64,000 nt of DNA from Lama glama (GCA_028534125.1 CM052832.1:12092001-12156000), one strand, 5' to 3'. Counted from the stretch's first letter, positions 37,596 to 51,035 are shown. The notes: generated from the sequence alone by a model not told the origin. A program made the numbers and translations.

Positions 37596-37849
37596 TTCCC
37601 TCTTGATTTGGGCTCTTGTGTGTGCTGAGAATGAACTGGAGGTAGGGAGAGGGGGTAGAAATGCCCCTACCTTTAGCTTTAGTTTCAGATAAAGAGGTAA
37701 AAACAAAAGTAATTTAGAAGTCCTGTGTTCAGCAAGACTTAGGAAATAAATAAACCTGTTGCCCCTTCTTTGCACATGTCTCTCTTTTCTTTATGGATTC
37801 TGCACAGAAGCTGTTTTCTTTGGAGTATATTTATAGCTTGTATATTAAA

Positions 37850-40800
37850 CGGTTTTTCAGGAATTTTTCTTGTTGAGCTAATAGGTAGACATAATGACCT
37901 TCATGACATCTCTTGACACAGGGCCAAAGTGTGAATGCAGTTGTCTTAAAATTATTTTAACCCAGGTGGAAGAAAAACAAACTTTGGTAGGCTCCCTTCT
38001 ATATTACAAAGCTTTGGAGTCTTTAACCTTCAATGCATTTAACCTTTGGGCATTAGAATAAGTGGGCAAAAGGAATAAGAGGATGTGAGAACATAAAAAA
38101 AAGTTGGAAAATATATAGGCTGTTGCATTGCGATGCTCAGGCGACATCACTGCTTTAACTAAACAGAATGCCTTGTCAGAAACAGCCTTCAGAGAGAGAC
38201 GTTCCCAGTTGACAGTGACATAAATTGACTACCTCTCCTATCTATGGGCCACCACAGGAAAGCATGTTCACTCACTACTTAGATGCCAAGATTTTAGATG
38301 ATGGCCTTTAAGTGTGAATAAGTAAAAAGGCTTAATTACTTTTAGGTTATTTATTAGCTGTTTCACTGGGACTCCTTTTCTGGGGGAAAAAATCAGTTAT
38401 CTCCAAGAAGAAAGCAGCTTTCCTTTGATCGTACATCTGATCCTACATCAGAGTGGGCCCATTCAGGTCTTTGAATGCAGGGATTCTTGAATCAATCTGG
38501 ATGGGTACACAAGCATCATGAAATTTGTTAGTTTTCTAATTGAATCTAGTTTTGATAGTCATGTGCATAGTTTTTTTTTCAAGGTTTCCTATTAGTTATC
38601 TTTGTAAACATGAGTATAGGAAAACCTATGCTTGTGCACATATCCTGGGAAAGTAAAATATTTTCCTTTTTTGTTGAAAACAATCCTTTTACTGATTTTA
38701 TCCTGCTTATTTCCCCACACTTAGCCACCCAGCCTACCTCCCTTTGTTTAAATTAGAACTGAAGTCAAACACATTGAGAAAATGACTTTAAATTCTTGGC
38801 CAGAATTCTTCAGAACACCAACCAGACTACGCAAGTGGGTGCCACAGATTGCATACAGCAAGAACTGTGTCCTGATTCACGCACAGCCAGGCTTGTGCAC
38901 AGGCATTAGAAAGGGTAAACATACTTGATAATTAATATAAAATTTAATGTAACAAAATTTTGAAGGACCACAGTTCAAAATTGGTTTCCCACCAAAAGAG
39001 CTTCCTCTCTTACTGCTCAGAAATGACATTTCGGTTTGGGCTCATTCTGAAAGCTGAATTGGAATTGGACTGGGAACAAATGTTGAAATTTACTGAAAAC
39101 AACTCATTGCTTAATCTCTGGCAATTTTATTTTATTATGTGATCAACAGATGTGTTGCAAGTTGTATTCAAAATGAAAATAAAAGTTTAAACAGTCAAAG
39201 TGTGGTCACTAAATCATTTTCCAGGCCTTTAGGAAAATAAAATTAAAATCCGCTTGAGAAATACTCAGATGCAACATAGATTTTTATTCTCTTCTCTCTT
39301 TGTTCACTTTCTTATCTGCCCCCTTGGTTATTTTTGCTTGTTTATTTACAAAAGCAGTCAGGTAGCAGGAACAAAACAAGGAATATGGACTCATAAGACT
39401 TCATTTCTGGACCTGGCTCCGCCAGTTACTAGCTGTGTGAATCTTTCTCAGACTGGTCACTAAGCTTCCTTGAACAAGGTGATGAGAGTACCTGTCGTCT
39501 CTCTCTCACCAGGGCGATTATTGATTGCAGATGATATAATACATTTAGAAACTTTAATTTCCCCCAATGTGATTTATTTTAATGAGGTCACACATTCAGC
39601 ATCAGGCCTTTAATCTTCTGACACTGTTTTTGAAGGTAAGGGTATCAGAGAATTATTTTCAAAATTCTTCTACTACCACTGAACGCTCTGGAATTGGGAG
39701 TGCCACGTCCTTACTGTAAGAAAACTTCACTCCCTAACCTTAGAGACCTTTCCAAGTGCTAGTTCTGAAAAACTTTAATGAAATAGTAATGAATGTATAT
39801 TCCTATACAGTGTGATGTGGGACTTGCTTAAATTTGCTGATAGTCAGTAGAATTTGGAAATTTTAAAAGATCAATTCTCAAACTGTAGGTTCAAAATTTC
39901 AACAATACTTACAGCTTGGCAAAGAATTTTGCCTTTGGTCTGTGTTGATGCTCATTATAGTTACTCTTTTCTGGAACTCTAAAATGTTAACTATTTTGGA
40001 GTCAATGATTTGTAAGAAGGTGTTAGACCCCCTCCCTCCGAGTTGCAAAGAATTTCTTTCCATACCTTCCTCTGCCCTTAACCTAAGGATCTATGAATGC
40101 CTGTTGCATCTAAGCTCAGATTCTAGGTTTAGCCCACTTGAAGGGTAACTTACTACTGTATCTCTCTGCTGGACCCATAGCCCTTTGATATTCTCAGCAC
40201 TGTTGAGCTCTGAAACGCCCATACGTCACGCCACTCCCCAGCATCTTTGCTAAACTCTTATCTCCCCCCAAGAGGCTTTTAAAAATTTAATTTGTAACTC
40301 TTACACACACATGCCATGTAGATTAAATGCCGAATTATTTAGCAGCTTAAAAGTCACTAAAATATTTGTGATTAAAGTGGAAACTCAAGTAGGCTTTATG
40401 GCTACATTTCCTGATTACACTAACTTCTGTTTATATGAAGATACTTAATTTTTAGAAATGATAGACAAATCTTGATAAAATAATTTGAAGTTGCAGTCAC
40501 AAAACGATGTATTGCTTACACTGGGAATGTAACACTAGCTGTGTTTTCTTTCTTTTTTAAACAACAGAACCAATAAAATAATTAATACATGTTTTTGCAG
40601 TTTATTTCTCATTGTAGCTTCAATATTGAATCAGAGATTAAGCTTCTGAATTTGAATCTGATTTTTCAGACTTCCATCTTCCTGTGAATTTTTATGTGCT
40701 GATGCAGGGCTGCTGTTTTTAGGTCACGGAGATTTGGCTTTTGGAAAAGCTATTCTTTTTCTAAGTGACTGACAGGAATCATTACTCTCTATGGCAAGAA

Positions 40801-41110
40801 ACCAGAAGTTGGCAGGAGCCCTACAACGACTGTCCAATTGGATTTATTTTTTTAACTGTTGTGCCAGTTTCCAAATTATCTTCAGTTATAGGGCATCTGT
40901 TTTCTTAAAAAGGTTCAACGTGGGTGATACACATGTAGTGACAGCCCTGCCCAGGTCAGTTGTGAGGGGACAGGCCCTTCTTCAGACAAAGACTTTCTAT
41001 TTAGCACTCTGGACAGAAGCCAGAGATCACAGTACATTCCTAGAATTGTACAAGCCAAAGCCACAACCATCAGACAGTTTTCTTATCTGTTCCTGAAACT
41101 CTCTCACGTT
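37850..41110 (-). mobile_element. RTE relic, copy 4: RT and C-terminus, interrupted by MIR
   Basis: In order: EFQEQIRKLSDGCGFGLYN, SEEGPVP, LFKKTD, AFPKAKS/RD..ALHQHIK (40.67-41.11 kb); FSVNFNICSQ, NQDTVLA/HLRSLVGVLKNSGQEFKV..LTSVL (38.76-38.89 kb); YFTFPG, IKTRF, AQRLNAL, LRQLHSHFGPVSRDVMKVIM (about 37.89-37.95 kb). Confidence 0.8.
39355..39550 (+). mobile_element. MIR SINE
   Basis: cctggctccgccagttactagctgtgtga. Confidence 0.75.
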
Positions 41111-41927
41111 GTGACTTTGACTCCTTCTGATTGTTTATATGTGAATCTGACAAGGATCACTTGGTAACGATTTACAATAAGCACTAAAAGCCTTAGTGAT
41201 TATAGCAATATTTCCTGCCTAAGCCACTTCCCAGTATGAATTTTAAAACACTGAAAAGAAAGGAGTCAGGGCACTAATTTGAAGAGATTAGAAAAGAGAA
41301 TTAATAGATATAGAAAGTGTTTCAAGTAAGGGCCACTCTGGATCTGAGCTCTACGTTTTCACCTGAAGTTAAACAGTGCCACTTTTATCCCGTTTTGTTG
41401 GCCAGGGCCAATTTGATAATTGCAAGTCTAGAATGAAACACATCTGTTTATTTTCCCTTATTGGCTGGTAACAACTAGAAGTGCTTTTGCTGTTCGAGCT
41501 TTGCCCTCCCTAGAATCTTGGTATTTTGTTTTGAGTTTGGTTTTTGGCAGAATGAGATCCCATGCATGCCAGGCAGTCTCAGGGATGTGTGTTTAGTAGT
41601 GTGGCATTTTTGCTTGTTGGTTTGTTTGTTTTTAATTAACTTGCTTTGGGCTGAAGCTTTCAGTTTTTAAATATCTGACTCTTCTTCCATTATCCTCACT
41701 GTGCTGTAAGTAATGAATGCATCCTCTATCTTGGAACTGTGCTGGATAAGACGCAAATTTGTCTATCCTATTCCTTTATCTATTTATTTTGAGTTTAACT
41801 AACCAGGTCTACTACTGTTTTGAAATATAAAAGACTCACAAAAAATTGTTCTGTAGTAAATGAAGAGTACTGAGGGGAGAAAATGGGCTGAAGCTCTAAT
41901 GGAATAGCTTTATATTAGCTACCTTTT

Positions 41928-43769
41928 TTAAAAATTATTTTTTATTGTGATATGATCCTCATACCGTAAATCACCATTTTCAAAAGGTTGTACAACCTTT
42001 ACCACTATCTAATGTAACATTTCTACTACTCCCAAAACAAACCCCCTACCCATGAGCAGTCACTCCCCATTACCCCTCCCCCAACTCCTGACAAGCACTA
42101 ATCTATTTTATAATCTCTGTATACTTGTCTATTCTGGACATTTCATATTAATGGAATCATACAATATGTAGCCTTTTGGGTCTGACTTCTTTTACTTAGG
42201 GTAAATCTGTGTTGTAGCATGCTTCAATACTTTGTTCTTTTTATGGCTGAATAATGTTCCATGGTATGGATATATAATATTTTGCTTATCCATTCATAAA
42301 TTTTTGGATATTTGGGTTCTTTTTATCTTTGGGCTATAATAAATAATACTGTTGTAAATATTTATATACAACTTTTTGTGTGGACATCTCTTTTCAGTTC
42401 TTTTGAGTATATACCTAGGAATGGAAGTGCACAGTAAATATACTAACTCTATGGTTAATTTTTGAGGGACTTCCAGGCTATGTTTCACAGCTGTGAAAAT
42501 GTTTTACCTTTCTACCATCAGTGTATGATGGTTGTGATTTCTGAACATCCTCACTAACATTTGTTATCAGAAATTTTGATTATAGACATCCTAGTAGGTA
42601 TGAAATGGTATCATATTGTGGTTTGATTTGCATTTACCTGATCACTGATGATGTTGAGCATCTTTTCATGTGCTTATTAAGTACTTGTTTATCTTCTTTG
42701 GAGATATGTCTTACTCAGGTCCTTTGCCCATTTTTTAATTGAGTTGTTTGTTCTTTGTTTATTTGTCCATTTTTTAATTGGGTTATTGTCTTTTTATTAC
42801 GTTTTTAGAGTTCTTTATATATTCTAGATACTAGACTCTTACCAGATATATGATTTGGAAATATTTTCTTCCATCCATAGGTTGTCCTTTGAATTTCTTG
42901 ATAATGTCCTTTGAAACACAAAAGCTTTTTTATTTTTCTGAAGTCCAGTTCACCTATTTTTTCTTTGATTACTTGCGCTTTAGGTTTCATATCTAAGAAG
43001 CTATTGCCTAATCCAAAGTCATGAAGATACACACTTTGTTTTCTTCTAAGAGTTTTATAGTTATAGGTCTTATTTTTAGGCTTGATCTATTTTGAGTTAA
43101 TTTTTATATACGGTGTGAGGTAAGAGTCTCAGTTTTTCTTCTGCATGTGGATATCTAGTTGTCCCAACACCATTTGTTGAAAAGATTATTCTTTACTCCA
43201 TTGAATTATTTTGGCACCCTCGTCAAAAATCAATTGGCCATATATGTATGGGTTTATTTTTGGACTCTCAGTTCTATTCCATTGGTATATATGTCTGTCC
43301 TTACACCAGTACCACACTGTCTTGATTACAGTGGTTTCAGATCAGGAAGGTAAGCTTTGAAATCAGGAAATATGAGATCTGTACCTTTTCCCTCCCAAGA
43401 TTATTTTGGCTATTTTGGGTCCTTTCCATGTGAATTTTAGGATCAGATGATCAGTTTCTACAAAGAAGCCAGCTAGGATTTTGAAAGGAATTGCATTGAA
43501 TCTGTAGATCTCTTTGGGGAGTATTGCCGTCTAAATGTTATCAGATCTTCCAATTCATGAACACAGGATATTTTTCCATTTATTTAGGTCATCTTTAATT
43601 TTTTTAAATAATATTTTGTAGTTTTCAGTCTGTAAATCTTGCACTTTTGTTAAGTTTATTCCTAAGTATTCTATTCTCTTGATGCTATTGTAAATAAAGT
43701 TGTGCTCTAAATTTTTTTCATATTCATCATTGCTTGTGTATAGAAATATAACTCATTTTTGTATACTGA
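41928..43769 (-). mobile_element. L1MB-like 5'-truncated LINE, about 1.8 kb
   Basis: ORF2 remnants (42805-43032 LGNSFLDMKPKAQ..KEKI) and a near-perfect TSD ttata(t/a)tagctac(c)tttt at 41910-41927 / 43770-43786. Confidence 0.95.
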
Positions 43770-43874
43770 TTATAATAGCTACTTTTAAGAATATATTCTT
43801 ATAATTCCAGATATATTTGAATCAATAGGTAGAGCTCATTGTAGTCTTTGAGATTCTTTTAAGAATGAAAATAT

Positions 43875-44085
43875 GTATAGCTAACATTTACTTAACACAT
43901 TATGTATCATTCAGTAAGCTATGTGTGTCACATTGAATTATTCTTATTTAATACTCATTTCTATCTTCATTTTGCAATGAGAGATCTTTGCCCACAGTCC
44001 TACTCTTAATAAGTGGCAGAGCTGGGACTTGAATTCAGATCTCTTACCCTAGAATCTTACCGTTCTAACCACTAGACCATACTGG
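43875..44085 (-). mobile_element. MIR SINE
   Basis: ataagtggcagagctgggacttgaattcagatct. Confidence 0.8.
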
Positions 44086-44269
44086 CTTTGTGTAATAATT
44101 TATAACAGCTGTAGTCTGAAAGCCAGACAGTAGATTAAGTAACATGGAAATATTACCTAGGTCTCTAATTCTTTTCTCTTATCAGTGTTGATCATTTTAC
44201 TTTCGTACAGTGGTGATTCTCTCCCTCCTTTGAGGAATTTCAATTTCAGAGAGATCCTTCAGCAGGAAT

Positions 44270-46380
44270 GTGTGAGCCATTATAGGGCCTGAGGACAGGA
44301 GATTCTCCCAATAGAAGATGATTAAGGAGCAGTAGAGAAGATGAGATAAGGGTATGGCTTTGAGAGACATTTTGAAAGTAGAATCAAGAAACCAGTTATA
44401 CATGGAGAATGAAAAAGAAAAAGAAATGAAGGATGACTGAGATTTTTAACTTTAACGACTGAGTAAATGATGATGGCATTGGCTGGAAGATAAATTAGTT
44501 AGGTGGGAGAAGATGGTGCATTCATTGGGGCAGTAGAGGGAATTTAGTTATATAAAGATTGGAATCTTGGAGTGTAGTAAAAAGACAACCTGCTTCATGT
44601 TCTATTTCATCACTTAATACGAGTTAATTCATATATTGAACAAATATATTGCTGATCATGTATGGTAAATAAAAAAGACATGGACCCTATCTTTATGGGA
44701 CTTAGTCTATTGAAAGAGTCAGACATGGTAAACACAAAGCATATAAATACTAACAGTGATGAACCCTGCGGAGCACAGTTACACAATGCTATGAGAGAGA
44801 GTTATGAGGTACTGATCTGGAAAGAGAGTCAGGAAGAAAGTCACTCCAGAGAACATGCCCTGCCTGAAGTATGGTAGGATTTAGCCTGGCTTAAAATGGG
44901 AAAGAAGCCTTCTGGGCAGAAGGAATAGTAGTTACCTATTTTACAGGATTCTGGTGAGGATTAAATAGATAATATACATGAGAATTCCCAGCCAAAGCCT
45001 GTCACAAAGCAGATAATTAAAAAAAAGTTTTTTGAAAGTGGTTACAATAAGCATGAATACTTTCATAATCAGAAAGTCAAATAAACCTGTTTAAAAGTAG
45101 TTGACGCTCTGGGAATAACTGAGTTAGCCTTGGAGAGTGCATTTTCTGAAATAAGAGAAGATTTGCGATGATATCTAGGGAATGACCGTTGGGGTAAATG
45201 AAAGAGGACAAGGTGCAGAAGCACTTGAGAAGGAATGGTCAGTCAGGCAGAGGACTAGGGAGAGTGTTACAGAAGGGGGAGGGAGGGAGAGAAGGCTTTT
45301 GAGAAGAAAACATGGTTTATCATGCTAGATGCTCCTAAGGTTGTCAAGTGGGATAAAGACCGAAGAGGTCGTGGGGTTGGCCTTTAGGAGGACATGCGTG
45401 ATGTTTAAGATCAGTTTCAGCAGAGCAAGGGAGGACGAGGACAGACCGATATGCTAAGTCTGAAATGATGAAGTGGAAAGAGCATGTATGAACTGTCTGT
45501 TCAACTGGTTTGATAACAAAGGGAAGGAGAGGGGGAATGATTGCTTACAAAGTAAATAGGGCGAAAACAGGTGTGTTGTTTAAGGATCTGGTCTGAGAGG
45601 AAGTGGCTAGTGGAGAGAGACTTGTTAAAGACTAGAAAGAAAGAATAACTAATGGGGCAGATGAAGGAAGGAATTGGTGAAGAAAGCGGGACAGGGAAGG
45701 GTCAGGAACACAAATGGAGAGATGTTCATTAGAAAGGAAGAGTGACAAGAATGAGGAGATATAAAGAAAAGGAGAGTTGGAAGATACCATGTCTGATAGC
45801 CTCTAGTCTCTATGAAGTAGGAGGTCAAGTCACTTCTAAGAGTGAATGGGGCAAGGGTTGGGTAGAGTGCTTTGGAAGAGGGGTAAAGGTTTAGAATGGT
45901 CCCATAATGGAGAAAGCTTGTAGAAAAAAGGAATTGCTCAACAACTCTAATGGGTTTGGTATAACTAGGAGGTATGGTAATATGTTTTTTCTCACTTTTA
46001 TAGTATTATTCACATTTGTGTAGTGTATTTCATAACTTACCCAGTGCTTTTACGTATGTTGGCTTATTCTGTCCCCCAATAACCCTATGAGACAGACAGA
46101 TACCTAGATGCTAAGTCTGAAATTATCACACTTTCAGTTTGTCTTTTCTTCTTTCTTCTTTTTCTTACGTGGAAAGTAGTCAATCATTGTACAAGTATTT
46201 ATTATCTACTATGTGCTTGGCACTGTGGATTCAACAGCAAATGAAATAGACACAGTGGTACCCTCACCAAAATTAAAATCTAGTTGAGGAAACAGACAAG
46301 TAAACAAGCAATTATAGTACAAGTGTAATAAGCTTTAAAATGAGGGAAATGTAGGGTTTTATGAAAGCACATAGAATGGG
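44270..46380 (-). mobile_element. Cluster of L2 fragments with MIR pieces
   Basis: tttgagagacattttgaaagtagaatcaa, gacatggaccctatctttatggga, caagtatttattatctactatgtgcttggcact. Confidence 0.8.
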
Positions 46381-46384
46381 TACT

Positions 46385-46920
46385 GTATCAGCTAAAATTC
46401 AGTTGCATAGCATATAAGAGAATCCTCGAGATAACAATGACTGCAGCACACAAGAGTATATCTTTGTGTGAAAAAAGATTGAATATAGGCATTCTGGGAC
46501 TGATACAGTGATTCCATGAAAACATGAAAATCCGGTTCCTTTTTTCTGTTCTGCCATCATGACTACTGGCTTCTGTCTCAGGGTTGCCTCCTTGTCCAGT
46601 ATGGCTACTGAAACTCTGTCTGTCGTGACAGAATTCCAGACAGCCAGAAGGAAGAAGGGAAGAAGTGCAAAAGAATGATTTCTCAGCTGAGTCAGAAACT
46701 TTAAAGGACCTTTCCTGGTTGTTTTGATTTTTTACATCTTCCTTCTTGCATCTCTGTTTAGAACATAGTCAAATGGTTACTTGTAGCTAGTTGCAATGGA
46801 GTTTGGGAAATGTGGGTTTTTACTCCAGGCAGCTATGTGCTTAGCTTAAATCAAGGTGGTTTTACTAAGGAAGAAGAAAAAAATAGACTCTGGGGTAGGC
46901 AACTCACAGTCTCTGCCTTA
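46385..46920 (-). mobile_element. MaLR solo LTR (MLT1J-like)
   Basis: tgtatcagctaa, ttccagacagccagaaggaagaaggg, gcaatggagtttgggaaatgtgg, gggtaggcaactcacagtctctgcc. Confidence 0.85.
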
Positions 46921-47249
46921 GATAATCAAACCCATCCAGAGTGGTTAGTGAGCATATATAGGGAATTTTAATTATTTACTGGCTCACCAGTGACCTCATT
47001 TTACTGACAAGTGAACTGACACTCAGGAAGGTTAAGTAAGTTGTCACAGTTCGCACAATGAGTTGGTGGCATAACAAGACTGAAGTCTTCAGACTCCCCA
47101 ATCCAGCATTCTTTCAATAGCAGCTTTGTTTTTTGTGTGACTATATGCATATAGTATTTGTAGTTCAACTAATATGCAGTGTTAAGATTTAGAGCTTTAC
47201 TTCCAGATATTCTAAATATTCTAAATCTGAGTAGTATTATATGCATTAT

Positions 47250-47415
47250 ATTAAAGTCTAGAAAGATTAAGAAGTCAGTGGGATTTAGATGTGGTCCATT
47301 GAAAAGCTTTTTATAATGGATTTAATTTAGTTTTTGGCTAAAACTAAAACATTTGGCTTTTGAGACAGTCATTTCTCACTGTTTTGCAAAGTGTTTGCAA
47401 ATTTTTCCCACCTTA
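47250..47415 (-). mobile_element. RTE relic, copy 4: endonuclease C-terminal piece
   Basis: ICKHFAKQ*EMTVSKAKCF then FQWTTSKSH*LL / LDF (cf. LxxFAxxxELxVxNTxF..TWxHPxSKHWHLIDY). Confidence 0.45.
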
Positions 47416-48089
47416 GGACATGCTATTATATCATAAGGAACACTGGAGAAGGCTATTTCTGGGCACCATTTATTTTTAAAACAAACCTTTTCCTAGTAAA
47501 AACTAATGTTTTTTCATCTTAGTGTTGTGAAATGTATTTCATCTTAGAAACCACAATGGAATGAAAGTAGCGAAAGTAGTGTGGTGACGAAAGACTGTGA
47601 ACTGAGGAGCAAGTGACTCTGGGCAAGTCACCTTTCGCAGCCTTAAAATAAAATAATTACTTTTTAAAAAGTGCATATGAGAATAAATTAGGGAAAAAAT
47701 GATAATTGTTCAGACTTGTACAGTTGAAATAAAAAGATAATGTTAAACTGTCTTTCAACTGTTCAGTTGTCTTTCAACTTTCTTCTTTTTCATTGTCATA
47801 ATTAACTTGTTGTGTAGCACCTCAAATCACAACAGAATGCGTCAGGCTAACTAATCTTACATTCCAACATGGTCTTCTTCCTGCGTTCCTATCTCAGGGA
47901 AACACTGCCCAGTTGCCCCATCACAAAAGTTGGGCATCATCTTTCATTCCTCCCTCTTCCACATCTGGTCATTTCAGTTATGGCAGCTCTTTCTAATGCA
48001 GTTCCTTTGCATGTTCATCCTCTTTTTACATCTCCATTGCAACAACTAGCTGCCCTTTTCTTGCTTACTATATTATTCCAGGTCTTCTA

Positions 48090-49015
48090 GAATAGTGCTG
48101 TCCGTTAGAAATATATGTTATTTAAAATTTTATAATAGCTACATCAAAAAAGATAAAAAGAAACAAGCAAAACTAATTTGAATAATGTATTTTATTTAAA
48201 CCATTATATCCAAAATATACTCAGTTCAACATGTAATCAGTATTTGAAATTATTATATTTTTAAACCACTTTGTTGAGCTACAATTGACATACGTAAAAG
48301 CTGTACACATTTAATATATACAACCTGATGAGTTTGGAAATAAGTATATATATACCCATGAAACCAAAATCTATACCGTAAATATAACTATCACCTCCAA
48401 AAGTTCTCTGCTGTCCTCTTTATTATTGTTATTGTTGCTGGTATGGTGATGATGATGATGATACAAACATAACATACGATCTACTCTCTCTAGCAATATT
48501 TAAGTATAGCAGTATGGTATTGTATACTGTAGGGACTAAACTATACAGTGGATCTCCAGGTTTTATTCATCTTGTATAACCAAAACTTTATACCCCTTGA
48601 CTACTACCTCCCTGTTTCTCCTCTCCCATCCCCTGGCAACTACCATTTTATTCTCTCTGCCTCTACGAGTTTGACTGTTTTAGATTCCTCATATAATTGA
48701 TATCTTGTAGTATTTGTCCTTCTGTGTCTGGCTTATTTCACTTAGCATAAGGTCCTCCAAGTTCATTCATTTTGTCCCAAATGACGGATTTTCTTTTTTT
48801 TTTTAAGGCTGAGAATAACATTCATTGTCATATATGGCACATTTTCCAATATAAAATTATTAATGAGATATTTTAAATTCTGTTTTTTAATACTAAGTCT
48901 CCAAAAATCAATGTGAATTTTATACTTACAGCACATCTCAATTTAGATTAGCCACATTTCTGCCTCTAAATAGACAACTATAGCTAGTGGCTATAGCTAT
49001 ATTAAATATCATAGC
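48090..49015. mobile_element. MER33-like hAT element split by an L1
   Basis: gtgctgtccgttagaaatata..ttcaacatgtaatca | aattattaatgagatatttt..tatacttacagcacatctcaatttaga. Confidence 0.85.
48259..48847 (-). mobile_element. L1MA9-like 3' end inserted in MER33
   Basis: gctgtacacatttaatatatacaacctgatgagtttgga, tctggcttatttcacttagcataa; the flanks share aaattatta. Confidence 0.88.
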
Positions 49016-49024
49016 TATAAAATA

Positions 49025-49285
49025 CAGAGCCTGAAGCAAGGATTAAAGTGCTGGCATTGTCTTTGGTAGGTCCCAGCCCAGAGTGGTGAGGGTAAAGGAA
49101 AAAATGGTGAGGTTAAAGATCAGATAAGGAAAAATATGATGCAGTGCATTACCACGCTAGCCACTACCTCACAACTACTGCAGAGACATACAGCAGATTG
49201 TTCAGCAGACATAGTTTCCAACTATCTCCTGTTTTCCATTGATCAAGGTTCACCCCATGGGAAGCTAACTTCTCTGCACTTCCTC
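49025..49285 (-). mobile_element. ERVL LTR16-like fragment
   Basis: cagagcctgaagcaaggattaaagtgc, ccattgatcaaggttcaccccatggg. Confidence 0.6.
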
Positions 49286-49639
49286 TAAGCAGAAAGCAGT
49301 ATGATATTTTATCCAAATCCACAAGTGAAAAAGCGACTCAGCATCAGTTAATGAGAAAATTGGAGAAGGTTGAGAAAGTCTTAGAATTAACACGAAGTTT
49401 GCATCCAATATGTGACTGAGCATTTGACTCTGCTTTATTTCTTTGCAGTCCGTTTGTTCACGTCCAGGTGTTCTTACTAAGGGCAAACCTGACTCTATCA
49501 TTTCCGTATTTCAAAACCTCCGATGATTCCCCATTGTTTTCAGGATAAAGTCCAACACCCATTAGTTCAAAGTTTTACTTGACCTGGTCCTACCTACCTT
49601 TCTAGCTCAACCACCTCCCTCCGGTCTTGAATGCTGTTT

Positions 49640-50163
49640 GTGTTACTTACCTGCTGGGTAACAAATTACCCCAAATATTGTGACTGAACAACAAACGTTT
49701 TCTCACAGTTTTTATGCTTTAGGAATCTGAGAGTAACTTAGCTGAGTGGTTTTGGTTTGAGATCTCTTACAGGACTGCAGTGAAGGTGTCAGTCAGGGCT
49801 GCAGTCATCTGAAGGCTTGACTAGACTTACGTGATTCACTTTTAAAGGTGGCCACTTACATGGCTGGCAAGTCAACACTGGCTGTTAGGGAAGGCCTTAG
49901 TTTCTCTCTGTATTAGCTTCTCTAAAGGACTGCTGGAGTGTCCTTACAGCATGGTGGCTGTCTTCCCCCAGAAAAGTGATCTACAAGAGAGCAAAGCCAA
50001 AGCCACAATGTTTTCTTTTTTTCTTCTTTTTTTTTAACCTAGCCTCAGAAGTCACATATCATCATATCACTGGTACCCTATTGGTTAAATAGGATGTTAG
50101 TATGGGAGGGAACTATACAAGGACATGAATAACAGAAGACAACCATTGGGGGCTGACTACACA
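49640..50163 (-). mobile_element. MaLR solo LTR (MLT1F/G/H-like) inserted in a plus-strand L2 (about 49480-50590)
   Basis: gtaacaaattaccccaaa, gggctgcagtcatctgaaggcttgact, acctagcctcagaagtcaca. Confidence 0.9.
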
Positions 50164-50824
50164 CATCGATGGAATTTCTTCATGTCCCTCCAGCATGCCT
50201 TGACTTGCCCTGACTTGTCTCTGGGCATTCCCACATATTGTTCTCTTACCCAAAAGACTTCTCTCTTCTGTTCCTCTTCTTTTTGTTTGCTTTTCTAACT
50301 CTGATGTCACTTATTGTAAGAAACATTCTTCTTATCCATACAATCCCCGCCCTACTGACTCTAACACCAATGGCACCCTTATTCCATACTATTAGAGTAC
50401 TCTCTCCTTCTCCTATTGCAGGACCTCTGCATTTTACCATAGTTGCCTATTTGTTGGCCTGTCTCCCCCATTAGACTCTGAGTTCATGAGGACAGAGACC
50501 ATGTCTTTCTGGATCATTGTTGTGTCTCCAGTGCCCAGCACAATGCTTGGCAGCACATTGTAGGTTCTCAGTAAATAGTTGTTGGTTGGAAAGAAAAAGG
50601 AAGTGATGGGTGACTGATGAATGGACAATATAATAAACATCTTGTCAGTTCTGCTACACTCTGCACTCTGGGAGAACAGTGCCCTGGTCTTTTCATTTCT
50701 GTATCCCAGGGTATAACATAGTGCCCAGCAGATAATAGGCCCCTAATAAATGTCCCTTTCTCTTTCCTTCTCTTTTCCCTTATTCTTTTTAATGGAGTAA
50801 AGATCTTGAGAGGTTCAGCATCTC

Positions 50825-51035
50825 TGCAGTTCTGACATTAGTGGTAAATCTGATCACAAAAATTTTACTTCTTGATGATTTATTTCAAATATTGCTAATA
50901 TTTCTCCATAAGTCAGCATTGCAGTAAGATTTCAGATAACTGATATTTGTGTTTAATAACTATAATAGTGTTTATTCAGGCTGAGTTGGTACCGTGAACT
51001 TGGAGGTGCTTTGTGAATGGTGAATAAATTCAATG
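50825..51035 (-). mobile_element. RTE relic, copy 4: endonuclease middle
   Basis: LNLFTIHKAPPSS (cf. NIIQVYAPTS) then SKIFVIRFTTNVRTA (cf. DKIIVIGDFNARVGTD). Confidence 0.55.

Noticed and set aside
21792..43801. 16-bp perfect palindromes at 21792, 27073 and 43786
   Set aside because: A couple are expected by chance in 64 kb of AT-rich DNA, and they share no context.
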